Source of the DNA: Candidatus Thorarchaeota archaeon
Lineage (GTDB): Archaea > Asgardarchaeota > Thorarchaeia > Thorarchaeales > Thorarchaeaceae
Assembly: GCA_963726195.1 (NCBI GenBank)
Contig: CAVSBO010000013.1
Span: 71,038-135,037, forward strand
DNA length: 64,000 nucleotides
Direction: 5' to 3'
In this document: piece by piece, positions 20,275-31,422 of the stretch
How positions within the stretch are numbered: the first letter of the stretch is position 1
How the letters are laid out: every line of letters starts with the position of its first letter
Translations under genes and position numbers: made by a program
Notes under the pieces: model-generated
What the model was told of the DNA's origin: nothing
The model's database searches: none
What the model saw: the letters and a program-made list of their open reading frames with translations, nothing else

Positions 20275-21465
20275 CTAGGAAAGGGCCTTGTCTAGTTCCT
20301 CTTTCTTCTCAGCAAGTCTTCTATCTAGGCTAGCGAGGCGTTCATCTAGTTTCCCAACCTGCTCGTCATAGCTCTCTTTCGACATAGTACCTGAGGCAAG
20401 TTTCTGTTCTATGTAATCCCTCAGCTGCTTTACGGAGTTAGTCTCCTTCTGAATGGAATCAATGTCTGCTGTGATCTCGTCGATTCTGTTCTCTTCTTCG
20501 GACTGGAACTGCTTAGTTGGCACCATGAGACCGAGCTGTTGTTGTGTCTTCCCGGCGAAATCCTGGAACTGGCCCCTCAAACCCTCAATGCTCTTTTCAA
20601 TTCTAGCCGTGTTCTCAGCCAGTCTTGCTATATCCTTTTGCAGGTCGATCACTGCGTTTGCAAGCCGTCGGAGCGTCGTGTTAGTCTCGGTTTCAAAAGC
20701 GGCCTGTGCGCCTTCCGCAACTACCGGGCTTTCTTCTTCTGCCTTGGCTTGTGCAGCCACGACATCGCTGGGCTTTGTCAAACGATCTTGTCTGCTAAGC
20801 CAATTGAAACAGTTGAGCGCAAAAGCAGTGTTTCCCTCGTTCTTCAGGCCCCCTCCCCTCCGAAACACCTCGTAGCTTCCGATGCCGATGACTCTGCCTC
20901 TTTCGTAATCTGCAACGGCTATGACCGGTTGGTTTGTCGGCTCTGCAGCTCCAGACGTCGTTGCTACAGCTTCTGCTTTTCCCGAGAGTCTTAGGGTGCA
21001 TGAAGAAGGCAGCAGGATGTTGCCAACGTTTTCAGTCAAGGGATGTGATACAAGTCCTGTTATGACAAGCAGCGTTGGAAGACCCGCGTTGTCTCTTTCA
21101 TCCTTCACTGCCGTATTTTCGAATTCGATTCCGAAGTTCTTTGACAACAAGCTCATGTTATTCATGAGCCCCTTGTCGCCGCCGGAAAGCGAGAGTAGCA
21201 TCAATCCACCCCCATCCTGAACGAACTTCTTGAGCGCGTCAATCTCAGCGGGTCTGAGCTTGGACCCGTTAGGGCAGGCAAATACAAGAGCGTCGATCCC
21301 TTCCAGCTTCTTCGCCATTATCATGTACTCAGTATATGGCTCAACGTCATAGTCGTTATCTTTGAGAAGCTGACCAAGCTGTGAATAAGTTGTATCTAAG
21401 CGCCCTCTCTCATTTTGAGTCTGGTCAAATGCGATTCGCTTTCTTCTGTTGCTCAAGTTGTACAC
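20275..21465 (-). CDS. GIFT-domain (IFT52/GldG-like) protein with C-terminal coiled coil
   Basis: IAFDQTQNE...ALVFACP...AEIDALKKFVQDGGGLMLL..SGGD...NMSLLSKNFGIEFENTAV; no signal peptide. Confidence 0.65.
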   Translation of the reverse strand: MYNLSNRRKRIAFDQTQNERGRLDTTYSQLGQLLKDNDYDVEPYTEYMIMAKKLEGIDALVFACPNGSKLRPAEIDALKKFVQDGGGLMLLSLSGGDKGLMNNMSLLSKNFGIEFENTAVKDERDNAGLPTLLVITGLVSHPLTENVGNILLPSSCTLRLSGKAEAVATTSGAAEPTNQPVIAVADYERGRVIGIGSYEVFRRGGGLKNEGNTAFALNCFNWLSRQDRLTKPSDVVAAQAKAEEESPVVAEGAQAAFETETNTTLRRLANAVIDLQKDIARLAENTARIEKSIEGLRGQFQDFAGKTQQQLGLMVPTKQFQSEEENRIDEITADIDSIQKETNSVKQLRDYIEQKLASGTMSKESYDEQVGKLDERLASLDRRLAEKKEELDKALS

Positions 21466-21576
21466 CTCGCACTGCTGTCCGTATCGATTACGATGGCCAA
21501 TGACTAATGAGACTTGTGCTGGTGGGCTGACACTAGTGCGAACAGTTTATCATTCGGTTTGGGCAAATTCGCTCCC

Positions 21577-22008
21577 ATGAGTAGTCCAAAGGACTGTCTG
21601 TTCTGCAAGATTGTCAAAGGGGAAGTCCCCGCATCTATCGTCTTTCAGGATGAGGTTTGTCTTGCCTTCATGGACATATATCCAGTCAGTCGAGGGCACT
21701 GTCTGTTGATTCCCAAGAAGCATTTCACGAACTTGCTAGATGTCGATTTGGACGTGCTCTCACATCTTGCTCGACGGCTGGCTGAGTTGACTCGCAAGGT
21801 TCAGTCAGGTTTGAAGCCAGAGGGCATATTGAACGCGGCTGCCAATGGCCCGGGTGCAGGTCAGGATATTCCGCACCTCCATTTTCACATAATACCACGC
21901 AACAAGGGTGACGAATTCGGATTCCATTTCCCTGAAGGTTACAGGGAGAAGATGGCTGACAGGGCACAACTCGACAAGCTGGCAAAGACTATCCGCGATG
22001 CCAAATGA
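21577..22008 (+). CDS. HIT family hydrolase
   Basis: DCLFCKIV, GHCLLIPKKH, AGQDIPHLHFHIIPR. Confidence 0.93.
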   Translation: MSSPKDCLFCKIVKGEVPASIVFQDEVCLAFMDIYPVSRGHCLLIPKKHFTNLLDVDLDVLSHLARRLAELTRKVQSGLKPEGILNAAANGPGAGQDIPHLHFHIIPRNKGDEFGFHFPEGYREKMADRAQLDKLAKTIRDAK

Positions 22009-22040
22009 GTCATCTGCTACGATATTCGCGAATTCACTCA

Positions 22041-22472
22041 TCAGATATTCATCAGATTCAGTCCAGTCGCGCTGTCCTTCTCCTTCGTGACATCTTCAGC
22101 CGCTTCAATGAGAAAGAGCTCCATTGTAATGGATATCTGACATCCCTTGCGCACATGCCCGCCATAGCAGTTCCCGCTATCATCTGCGACACTCATGTGC
22201 AAGTGAACCATGGGCTTTCCTTCGTTCATGCACACATTGCCTATGCATGATACGATCTCGAGGTCCTTGTCGATGCTCATTTCTTTGTAAGTGCGTGTAG
22301 CTCTGTCAAAGAATGCTAGTCTGGCCTTAGACAATGCACCAACGGCGCTCAATGATGCAGTTCTGATTCCGTGGCTTGCGGCCACCTTCTCGACGGTTTC
22401 AAGGACATCCTCGCCGGGTTCGAGGCGTGCAATCAACATCCGTCTTGGCTTAGTAGGCAGCGATCGAACCAT
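22041..22472 (-). CDS. PPC/DUF296 domain protein
   Basis: ARLEPGED, AVGAL, EIVSCIGN, VHLHMSV, YGGH, MELF. Confidence 0.88.
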   Translation of the reverse strand: MVRSLPTKPRRMLIARLEPGEDVLETVEKVAASHGIRTASLSAVGALSKARLAFFDRATRTYKEMSIDKDLEIVSCIGNVCMNEGKPMVHLHMSVADDSGNCYGGHVRKGCQISITMELFLIEAAEDVTKEKDSATGLNLMNI

Positions 22473-22583
22473 GCTTTTGCGATAGTCCGTGAGTCTTTTG
22501 AAGGACTCGGCTCGGCGAATCAAGCCGCCTTGAGAAGCGCTTATCAATGGCGTTCAATCAATGAGTCATGCGAGAGAACGAAG

Positions 22584-25421
22584 TTGGTTAAGGAAAAGAA
22601 GCCAGCTTGCGGAGACCAGTCCTCCGTCGAGGATTTTCTCGGCTCCGAACCAGAATGCCAACGGACCGAAGACCCGAAGCCAGAGCCTTCAAGGCAGGAG
22701 TCTCAAGTCACGGATGATGACCCGCCAGCTCGTCAGAAGCCTATTGCCAGTGCACCTTTGGCCGAAGATGAGATCGAGTCCGAGGAAGAAAAATACGCCG
22801 AAGCTGTGGAACAGCCCGAAGTGGAGACTGCTGAGGAAACAGAAGTTGTCGTTGAGATAAAGGTCGGCGATCGAGACACACCTCGAGACCTGCCGCCATC
22901 ATTCCTGCTATCAATAGACTATGCTGGTCAGCAGAAGAAAGCCGTGGCGCGCTTGTACGAAAGCAACTCGAAGCAGTTGTTCTTCTGGTTTGACAATAGG
23001 GGCCACTTGCCCTACTGCTATACGGATCTTCCCCGCCAAGCAGTGAATAGGATGGATCGTGTCGGCAAGAGCCCTGGCTTCGTTCGAACTGAATCTGTCC
23101 AGATGCTCGATTTGCTTCAAGATCAGCCAAGGGATATGACGAAGGTAATTGCTGACGACCCACTCAGCATTGGTGGTCGGCCTGGCTCCATAAGAGAACA
23201 GCTCGTGAAAGACGGGGTAAGTCATGCTTGGGAAGCAAACATACGTTATCGGAACTGTTACACCTATGATACTCGCGTTGTGCCGGGGCTTGTCTACAAG
23301 ATTGAGAACAGCGACCTAATCCCCTGTCCGCCCAAGATGGACAGCAAACTGATTGACGAGTACAAGAGAATTGTTCAGGATGAGAAAGGCCTTGACGCCA
23401 TGATTTCCGAATATGCTCCAATGTTCTTCACTGAGGTACCTGATATCAAGCGTGTGGCAGTAGATATCGAGGTATACACTCCAGTCAAGAACAGGGTTCC
23501 TGACGCGGCGACTGCACGTTACGAAATCATAGCAATTAGCTTCTCAGACAACGAGGGTTACAGCAAATGCTTCCTGTTGAACCGCAAGGATCACCCGGAA
23601 GGAACGAAGGACAAAGACTTCCCGGCGAAGCTGGATGTAGTCCCCTTCGACAGAGAAGTCGATATGCTCATGGAAGCTTTCAAGATGATTGATACCTATC
23701 CTATCGTTCTGACATTCGTAGGCGATGCCTTTGACCTCAATTACATGTACCATCGAGCCGAGCGTCTTGGTATTGACGTGAAGAGACAGTGCCCCATAAC
23801 ACTAGGCAAGGACGTGGCTTTGCTCAAGAGGGGCATCCATGTTGACCTCTATCGGTTCCTAAAGAACCCATCAATCAGGCTATACGCGCTATCGGGAGCC
23901 TACGAACAGAACAATCTTGACTCAGTAGCAAAGGGATTGCTCGGCGTGGGGAAGTCAGCCTAAGTGCCGATATATCGAGCATCCCATACTATGAGCTGGC
24001 TCACTACTGCTGGCAAGATGCCGATGTCACTCTGAGGATTACACAGTACGAGAACAACCTCTTGCTAAGACTGATTGTGCTACTGATGCGTATTTCACGT
24101 CTTTCGATGGAAGATGTAACTCGACAGGGAATATCCTCGTGGATTCAATCGCTCTTCAGACAGGAACACAGGAGCAGAGGATGTTCTCATTCCCCGCCAA
24201 ATCGATATCGAACAGGCGAAGTCATCCGAAGCGCAGACTGCGGCAGTCATCAAGGACAAGAGGTTCAAGGGCGCGATTGTTATCGACCCAGTCGCTGGGG
24301 TTCACTTCAACACAGTGGTGCTTGACTTTGCCAGTCTATATCCTACGATAATGAAGTACCACAATATCAGCTATGAAACCGTGGATTGCCCCCATGAGGA
24401 ATGCAAGAACGCGACTGACAACAGAGTTCCGGAGACCAACCACTGGATTTGCAAGAAGCGTCGCGGAATGATTAGTCAGACGATAGGCTTCTTCAGGGAT
24501 ACCAGAGTGAAGTGGTTCAAGGCCAGAAGTAAAGACAAGACCATCGATGAGAAAACGAGAAACTGGTATTCGGTGGTCGAGAAGGCTCTGAAAGTATTCG
24601 TTAACGCCTCGTACGGAGTAACAGGAGCTGAGCATTTCGAATTATTCTGTATGCCAGCGGCAGAGAGCGTTACGGCATATGGCCGCGATGCAATAATGAG
24701 GACGAAGGCGAAGGCGGAGTCGATGGGAATCAACGTGCTCTACGGTGATACCGACTCTCTTTTCATGGACAACCCAACCAAGGAACAGCAGGAGCAGCTA
24801 ATTCAATGGTCTCGCAAGGAGCTAGGCATTGACCTCGAAGTTGACAAGACGTACAAGTATGTGGCCCTCTCGGGACGAAAGAAGAATTACATCGGCGTTT
24901 TCAAGTCAGGCGCCGTTGAGGTCAAGGGTCTTACCGGCAAGAAGCGCAACACACCCGATTTTGCTCAGAGCGCGTTTAGGCATATGCTTGAGGTGCTGAG
25001 CCGCGTTGACAGTCCCGACGGTTTCGAAACCGCGAAGGCGCAGATTCGCGAGATTGTCAACCAAGTCATTGACAGATTGGAAGGAAGAGGAGAACCTTAC
25101 ACTCCTGACGAAGTAGCTTTCAGAGTTCAGATAACCAAGCCGCTTGAGCAATATGGAAAGACGAAACCGCAACACGTCCGCGCAGCACTCATTCTGAGGA
25201 ACGCGGGGTATGATGTCCCCGCCGGCACGATTGTAACCTACATTAAGACAAAGGGTGAGGACGGCGTTCTGCCTGTTGAGCTTGCACAAGGAGCAAGCTA
25301 CTGGTTGGACAAGGAGAAGTATGTAGAGACACTGCACTCCGTGTTCGAACAGGTATTGGACTCTATCGGGCTTGAGTTTGAAGAGCTGATGGGTTTCACC
25401 ACTCTTGATCAGTTCTTCTGA
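22584..25421 (+). CDS. polB1: Family B DNA polymerase, PolB1 type (indels near 23953 and 24185)
   Basis: Exonuclease DIE and FVGDAFD; VLDFASLYP, KVFVNASYG, YGDTDS, KKNY, KGL.GKKR; PolB1-type N-terminus LLSIDY...HLPYC; the three frames join into one protein. Confidence 0.92.
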
Positions 25422-25661
25422 ATGCTTCCAGTGCCGAGTTGGTGCTCGCAACAGCATGAAGTAAAATCTCCACATCAGAATCCTCAGGGGCTTCGACATT
25501 TTGCTCAGCCATAGGAGGCAAATGCAGTTTCCTTGCGTCTGAGCCTTCTGCCAAAACCAAATGGCCACTGAAGTCCGACCAAGAAACTCTTAATATACAC
25601 AACAGGCCTAGGGCTATGGGACAACTGACAGCCAGACTACTATTGATGGGGCCGCGATGAA

Positions 25662-26696
25662 ATGAAGGTGAACTTTCGAGAGCTGTTCATGGAAAGGATG
25701 GGTATCCTTCTCCAACCAGAGGACGTTGAGACAACTGCGAAGGATTTTCTTTCGAGCTATGCATCTTACATGAAGGAAGTTGGACTAGTCGCAAAGGACC
25801 CAAATGGCAAGACGCTTTACGCAAGCAAGACTGCTCCAGTAGATGATAAGTACCCTCAGTTCTTCGAGCAGTGGGTGAGTCTCACACACGCCCTTGGAAT
25901 TGATTCCTCGGTCTCCATGGACTTCTACACTGATGGCTGGTTCGCGCGCGATCCGAAGTATCAGACAGTTGGTTTCAAGGGTCAAGCATTGACACATCAA
26001 ATCTGCCCCAACCGAGAGGAGTTCTGGCAATATGGAGCAGAAATCATCAGGGAGCTAGGTGCGTACCCGATAGATGAGATTCTGCTTTTCGGTGCCGGAT
26101 ATGTTCGAGACGAGTTCTGTTTCTGCGAGCGATGCAAGAAGGAATTCGCTCCGATGGTTGACCAAGAACCCAAACGTCTCACCTATTCCTACATTTCTGA
26201 GAATCCTGATTATCTTGCCAAGTGGCATCAATGGCGCACCGAGAAAGTCAATCGAGGTCTACAGGCTCTTCAGGACGCGGCTCGTGAGGTTGACAAGAAG
26301 GCTAACAGGTCCAAGCCATTGAAAATTGCTGTTGAGGTCTTAATCGATCCCGAGTCAGGCCTATCCGAAGGCGCCGCGAAAAAATGCGGCTATGACTACG
26401 CGAAGATAGGGCAGATAACTGGCAACGTGCTCATCAATCTCTTTCCATGGTCTCCTCAGCTACCAAGGAAGGGAACGAAGCAGTACAATGACTTGATTGA
26501 GTCTCTCTACTTTACCAACGATTTGAAGCGTCGGGGCGGTAGAGCATCACTGTTTCGATGGGGCATGAAGACGCTTGACCAATTCCGGGAGCTCAAGGTC
26601 TTTGGCAAGGACGCTGGAATAGACAGGCTTGTCGTGTCTTTGCACTATCCGAGTGACTACTCCGTTCGACGTGAAAGTGCCATATCGACCTACTAG
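25662..26696 (+). CDS. Hypothetical TIM-barrel, glycoside-hydrolase-like protein with Cys cluster
   Basis: ICPNREE, FCFCERCKKEF and W..WR motifs typical of GH-like barrels; TATA-like CTTAATATA near 25589. Confidence 0.5.
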   Translation: MKVNFRELFMERMGILLQPEDVETTAKDFLSSYASYMKEVGLVAKDPNGKTLYASKTAPVDDKYPQFFEQWVSLTHALGIDSSVSMDFYTDGWFARDPKYQTVGFKGQALTHQICPNREEFWQYGAEIIRELGAYPIDEILLFGAGYVRDEFCFCERCKKEFAPMVDQEPKRLTYSYISENPDYLAKWHQWRTEKVNRGLQALQDAAREVDKKANRSKPLKIAVEVLIDPESGLSEGAAKKCGYDYAKIGQITGNVLINLFPWSPQLPRKGTKQYNDLIESLYFTNDLKRRGGRASLFRWGMKTLDQFRELKVFGKDAGIDRLVVSLHYPSDYSVRRESAISTY

Positions 26697-26709
26697 AACG
26701 CTCTCCGCC

Positions 26710-27599
26710 TTAACGCGTTGAACCGCAGTAGGGACATACTCTCGTCCCCTCCCTCAAGCTCCTGCCGCAGGAGAAGCAGAAGTTTCTCCTTGATTCCTCA
26801 CTCCGAGCATCATCTACGAAGGGGCTGAGTTCACCCTGAGCAAACAAGCTCCCCAGGCCTTCGACTGAGTCCCCGGAACAGTTCCGACAAGCAGCGTCCG
26901 AAGACTTGTCGCGGCTGGCGGGTCGCCGCTGATCACTTCGGTTGTCCTGTTCATCATCATCATTGAATGGCCCATTTGTCCGTCCTTCTGAGAATGGGCT
27001 CGTTTGCTGCTCAGAAGGGTAAGTCTGACCGGATGACCAGTGGTCGGAATTACGAGACTGAACTTGGCTAGCTCTGTTTGACTGCAAAGATCTATCTAGG
27101 GTTTCGAAGTCCCCCCTGTAATCATCGGAACCGTGGTCCCAGGCGGGCGACTGCCGGTTACTACTTCCGGATTTCACATCATTTCGCTCATCGTAGTCCT
27201 CATGGGACGACAGTCCTCTTGAGACTTCGACGAACTGAGTGTGAGATTCTGCCTTTAGCCGCTGATAGTCTTCCTGTGTCAAACCGAGCATTTCGAGTGC
27301 TCTGTCTCTGTCGGCGCACCTCTTTGATAGGGGGCAGCAGTATGCTAGACTGGCATGGCAGAGGGACGCCATGGCTCTCTCTTGGCGCGACTTGAATATC
27401 GGTGTGATTCTCCGATTTCCAAACATGAGTGAGTCTCCAACGGCCTTCAGACTGAGTGTATCCACTCTGTGCCAATGCCTCGACAATCTCTTTCGCCGGG
27501 TAGGCCTTGCCTTCTATTATTACGTAGCCTTCTGCCTTGTCTAACTTCACGGGCCGCTCAGTGCCTCTGTCATCGTAGCTATCGTCGTATCTCGTCCAA
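26710..27599 (-). CDS. Cys-cluster (methanogenesis marker 9-like) protein with low-complexity linker and C-terminal zinc ribbon (indels near 27593 and 27455)
   Basis: CHASLAYCCPLSKRCADRDRALEMLGLTQEDYQRLK; C-terminal FCFSCG..CPYCG; SD GAGGTG before TTG at 27599. Confidence 0.55.
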
Positions 27600-27837
27600 G
27601 GCCACCTCAGGTCGATGTTTCTAACCTGAAGAGAGGGCGCAGCAATACAACCCTGAGTATTACCGGCGTAACTCCAGCTCGTGCATCCATTATAGACAGC
27701 TACTTCACCGTGAAATCGGCATAGCCAGCATCACTAGACATCGGAAAGTATATTATCTCCGGAAAGGGATAATCCTAGCAATAGAGGACTAAGTGGTCCA
27801 CCACCTGTTCATTGTCCTCTGTTAGGAATGATATACC

Positions 27838-28209
27838 ATGGGATGCAAGGCAGAAGGAACTGCCCAGGGCTACACTGTCCTAGGCGGCATAGTCTTGTTG
27901 ATTCTTGCTATCAATGACTTACGTAGCGGAATAGCTCAAGCCATTGGCGGCAGCTTCAATGGCACGATAACTGTCGTTCTGGCAATAGTCCTGATTCTGT
28001 TAGTGATCCTTTCGTTTGATGCATGCGGATTCACACATATTACATTGCATCGCAGAAGTGGGCTCTTGCTCGCGATATTTGGGCTTGTTGCTATCATCAT
28101 AGTCATACGCGGCCTAAGCTTTGATATCATAGGCTGGCTGATGAATGTGGGAACCCTAGCCGGTTTCATGATACTAATAGCAGGCATCTTGATCATGGTG
28201 AACAAGTAG
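27838..28209 (+). CDS. Small 4-TM membrane protein
   Basis: Four hydrophobic segments. Confidence 0.7.
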   Translation: MGCKAEGTAQGYTVLGGIVLLILAINDLRSGIAQAIGGSFNGTITVVLAIVLILLVILSFDACGFTHITLHRRSGLLLAIFGLVAIIIVIRGLSFDIIGWLMNVGTLAGFMILIAGILIMVNK

Positions 28210-28227
28210 ACTGAGGTGAAAAGAAAT

Positions 28228-28569
28228 ATGGCAAGGAAGAGTCAAGCCTACAAGATAGGTCAGCTTTTCGTTCTCCTTGGAGGAATAGTAGGGCTCCTGT
28301 TTGGGATAATGGACATTCTCAATTTCGCCAACCCCTTGTCAGGGTACTTCCCGACAATCTCCCTGGGGTTGACAGGAATTATCATCGGAATAGTCCTCAT
28401 AATCCTATCACTAGCCGTGTTGGCTACAAGTGGCGCAGTCGACATCAAAGCCCTCAAGTTCGGAAACAACTGGGTTGTTCTACTGATTCTCGGCATTTTG
28501 ATGTACATATTTGCTGGTGGCATTGGAGCAATCCTTGTGATCTTGGGCGCAATTCTGATGTTGCTGTAG
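28228..28569 (+). CDS. Small membrane protein, probable paralogue of upstream gene
   Basis: SD GAGGTGA; hydrophobic segments (LLGGIV ... ILGAIL). Confidence 0.7.
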   Translation: MARKSQAYKIGQLFVLLGGIVGLLFGIMDILNFANPLSGYFPTISLGLTGIIIGIVLIILSLAVLATSGAVDIKALKFGNNWVVLLILGILMYIFAGGIGAILVILGAILMLL

Positions 28570-28605
28570 AGCCCAACTGGTCAATAGGACCGCCTAGCAT
28601 ATGAC

Positions 28606-28646
28606 CGGCAGGCGTGCTCGTGCAGCCTGCCGCTGTCACTTCTTTT
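28606..28646 (+). terminator. Hairpin plus T-rich tract
   Basis: CGGCAGGC-n11-GCCTGCCG followed by cttctttt after the membrane gene pair. Confidence 0.4.
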
Positions 28647-28772
28647 GTCTAAGCATCGAACAGTCAAAGGTCTAGTTCAACGAAGACCAGGCCCGCTGCC
28701 AAGTATTCTCATAGCAAGTTAGATAACTGCTTCGTACTTGGGCCAGCTTGCCCGAATTGGGGAGGAATCATT

Positions 28773-30203
28773 ATGGACGACAAGCACATCCAGATTCTAA
28801 AGGAATTGGGCTTCAGCGATGTCAGCTCAAAGACAATGACCAATGAGTACTGGAAGAAAAGGGCCGCTGAGGCTCTTGCCATCACGACTCAGGAGAGAGA
28901 CGTTTATGGCTGCCTTGATCATACTCGTGGAGACGGCGTGAGGATTTATGACGTTGAAGGCACAGAGTACCTCGATGTCACGGGTGGAGTCGCAGTTCGT
29001 GCCTTCGGACTGAGATACAAGCCATTCCTGGATTTTGAAGCTAGCATCAGTGATGTTGTGACCGAGTTTCCGGGGATGGATTTTGACGCCATTCCACAGA
29101 CTCTGCTTGCGGAGAGGGTAGCAAAGCTGACTCCGGGCACATTCAAGAAACGGGTCGTTTTTACAACTTCAGGAGCACGCGCTGTTGAGGGCTGTATGAA
29201 ATCAGCAATGGATCTATCTAGTCGGCGCAGATTCGTAGCATTCAGACCTGCGTTTCATGGTCGAACAGGTTATGCACTAGCATTGACTGCCTCGAATTCA
29301 AGGCACAAGTCAGGCTTTCCTCAAGGAGTTGACGTCACTAGGGTCCCTTACCCGTACTGCTATCGCTGTCCTTACGGCCAGCAGGTTGAGAGCTGCAACC
29401 TCGAGTGTGTTGAAGGTCTTAGGTACGCTCTCCAGGTCGAGGGCGACGATGTTGCAATGACCGTGATGGAGCCAATCTGCGGTGAAGGTGGGCTGATTGT
29501 GCCTCCGGCCAAGGCCGTGAAAGGTATGTACGATGTCACGAAAGAGGTCGGTGCCTATTTCATGTCTGATGAAGTGCAGGCCGGAATGGGTCGGACGGGT
29601 AAGTGGTGTGCTATTGAGAACCATAGTGTGGTTCCTGATTTCGTCTCAATCGCCAAGGCGTTGGGCGGTGGGTATCCCGTGGGCGCGTCAATAGGACCTG
29701 CTCCGATGTTCACAGCTGAATCTCGGCACTCGGAGACGTTCTCTGCTGAGCCCAAGCTCTCGTTGCTTGCTCTTTGGATAATCAAGCACATGGAAGATGG
29801 CGGTTTTCTCAAGAAGAATGCAGAGAATGGTGCGTATCTCATGAAGCGTCTCAACGAACTGAAAGACAAGTATGAGGTTGTTGGTGACGTACGCGGAATT
29901 GGCCTGATGGTTGGTGTCGAGTTCGTGAAGAGCAAGAAGACCAAGGAGAAGGCAAAGGAGCTCAGAGACCGCGTTGTCAAGAATGCGGTCCAGAAGCAGA
30001 AGCTCTGGATTCTTGGTGCAGGCCAGAACTGCGTGAGATTCACTCCTAGCTACATCATAACCAAAGCCAATATCGATGATGCTGTCGATAGATTCGGCAA
30101 GGCCATAGCAGCAAGTTCAGCTAGTATGAATAGACTTCCGGAAGAGAGCGGCCAGTTTAGTCTTCAGCGGGCCGCTGCCCTCTTTCCTGAAAGAGATAGG
30201 TGA
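28773..30203 (+). CDS. Class III PLP aminotransferase (GabT/ornithine aminotransferase-like)
   Basis: DVEGTEYLD, SGARAVE, FHGRT, EPICGEGG, DEVQAGMGRTG, AKALGGG, VRGIGLMVGVEF; the last ~30 aa may be read-through from an indel. Confidence 0.9.
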   Translation: MDDKHIQILKELGFSDVSSKTMTNEYWKKRAAEALAITTQERDVYGCLDHTRGDGVRIYDVEGTEYLDVTGGVAVRAFGLRYKPFLDFEASISDVVTEFPGMDFDAIPQTLLAERVAKLTPGTFKKRVVFTTSGARAVEGCMKSAMDLSSRRRFVAFRPAFHGRTGYALALTASNSRHKSGFPQGVDVTRVPYPYCYRCPYGQQVESCNLECVEGLRYALQVEGDDVAMTVMEPICGEGGLIVPPAKAVKGMYDVTKEVGAYFMSDEVQAGMGRTGKWCAIENHSVVPDFVSIAKALGGGYPVGASIGPAPMFTAESRHSETFSAEPKLSLLALWIIKHMEDGGFLKKNAENGAYLMKRLNELKDKYEVVGDVRGIGLMVGVEFVKSKKTKEKAKELRDRVVKNAVQKQKLWILGAGQNCVRFTPSYIITKANIDDAVDRFGKAIAASSASMNRLPEESGQFSLQRAAALFPERDR

Positions 30204-30213
30204 AGAACAGACT

Positions 30214-31422
30214 TTGGGACCAGAAGAGCAAGTTGCATTCAGGGACTTGATCGACTTCCCTTCCACAACCTATGCTGCTTTCGGGCTCTACAGGTACCCG
30301 GCTAAGTTCATTCCTCAAGTCATAGCATACGTTCTGAAGAACTACGCACACGCCGGGGCGAAGGTGTTTGACCCGTTCGCCGGCTATGGTACGGTGGGTG
30401 TGGTGTCCCGATTATACGATTGTGACTACGAGTTGTGGGACCTTAACCCAATCATAGAAGTCCTTCATCGCGTGACAATGCTAGAGCCGCGAGAGATTCC
30501 TGTCAAAGAACTCATAGAGAAGATGGTTTCTTCAGAGGAGGAGTTCGTGCCCGACTGGTCCAAGTTCGGATATTGGTTTCCTCCCGAATTCGTACCTACC
30601 CTGACAAGAGCATGGGGATTCTACCATTCACTGGATGACGAGTACACAAGACTGCTGCTCACAATACCCCTTCTCAGGGCAAGCAGAAAGTTCTCTTTTG
30701 ATGACATGGGAAGAATGAAGTTATCTAGATCACCGAAGTCGAAAGAGAGGATTGGACATTTAATTGCAGGAGACTGGAAGACAAGATTCTATGAAACGGT
30801 TAGACTGGAAACCAAGAACGTTCTTCAGAGACTTAAGGAGTATCAGAGTCTCGCTCCAAAGATGACCAAGTCTGTTGTCAAGGGAGGCATAGACACACTC
30901 ACCGCCGGTCTTGAAGAGGAAAAGGACATCCTCATTACCTCGCCTCCTTACCTACAGTCGCAAGAGTACATACGTCAAGCCAAGATGGATCTCTTCTGGT
31001 TGGGACATTCTGAAACGGAAATCAAGAAGCTCAGCACGCTTGAGATTCCATACAGAAATGTACCTCCAACACCGGTGAAGTCGGCCACCTTCTCAGCCAT
31101 CCGCAGGGAAATTGGAGAAGAGCGCATAAAGAAGGTTTACGACCGGTATTTTTACGGCATACTGGGAGCACTCAGTCGCTTGCAGGAGAAGATAGCGTCT
31201 CGACTCTTCCTCTTTGTAGGAAGGTCCAGTCTTAGAGGGCGTTCCATACCAATAGACTCGATTTTCGCAGAGCACTTCACGCAGATGGGTTGGGTTCATG
31301 AAAAGACTCTGATTGACACGATAGTGGCACGTAGAGTCTTCTCCTACGGTGTGAATCCAGCAACCAACATCGAAGACAAGAGAACGGCTACAGAGAACCT
31401 GGTCATTCTCAGAAGACCTTAG
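30214..31422 (+). CDS. Solitary amino-DNA methyltransferase (probably m4C, alpha-type motif order)
   Basis: YRYPAKFIPQ, VFDPFAGYGT (motif I) well before ITSPPY (motif IV). Confidence 0.8.
   Translation: MGPEEQVAFRDLIDFPSTTYAAFGLYRYPAKFIPQVIAYVLKNYAHAGAKVFDPFAGYGTVGVVSRLYDCDYELWDLNPIIEVLHRVTMLEPREIPVKELIEKMVSSEEEFVPDWSKFGYWFPPEFVPTLTRAWGFYHSLDDEYTRLLLTIPLLRASRKFSFDDMGRMKLSRSPKSKERIGHLIAGDWKTRFYETVRLETKNVLQRLKEYQSLAPKMTKSVVKGGIDTLTAGLEEEKDILITSPPYLQSQEYIRQAKMDLFWLGHSETEIKKLSTLEIPYRNVPPTPVKSATFSAIRREIGEERIKKVYDRYFYGILGALSRLQEKIASRLFLFVGRSSLRGRSIPIDSIFAEHFTQMGWVHEKTLIDTIVARRVFSYGVNPATNIEDKRTATENLVILRRP

Noticed and set aside
23940-24320. Split polB as an intein, intron or programmed frameshift
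   Set aside because: The three frames join into a colinear PolB1 with one missing and one extra base; there are no intein motifs or slippery heptamers, and the same error pattern occurs across the window
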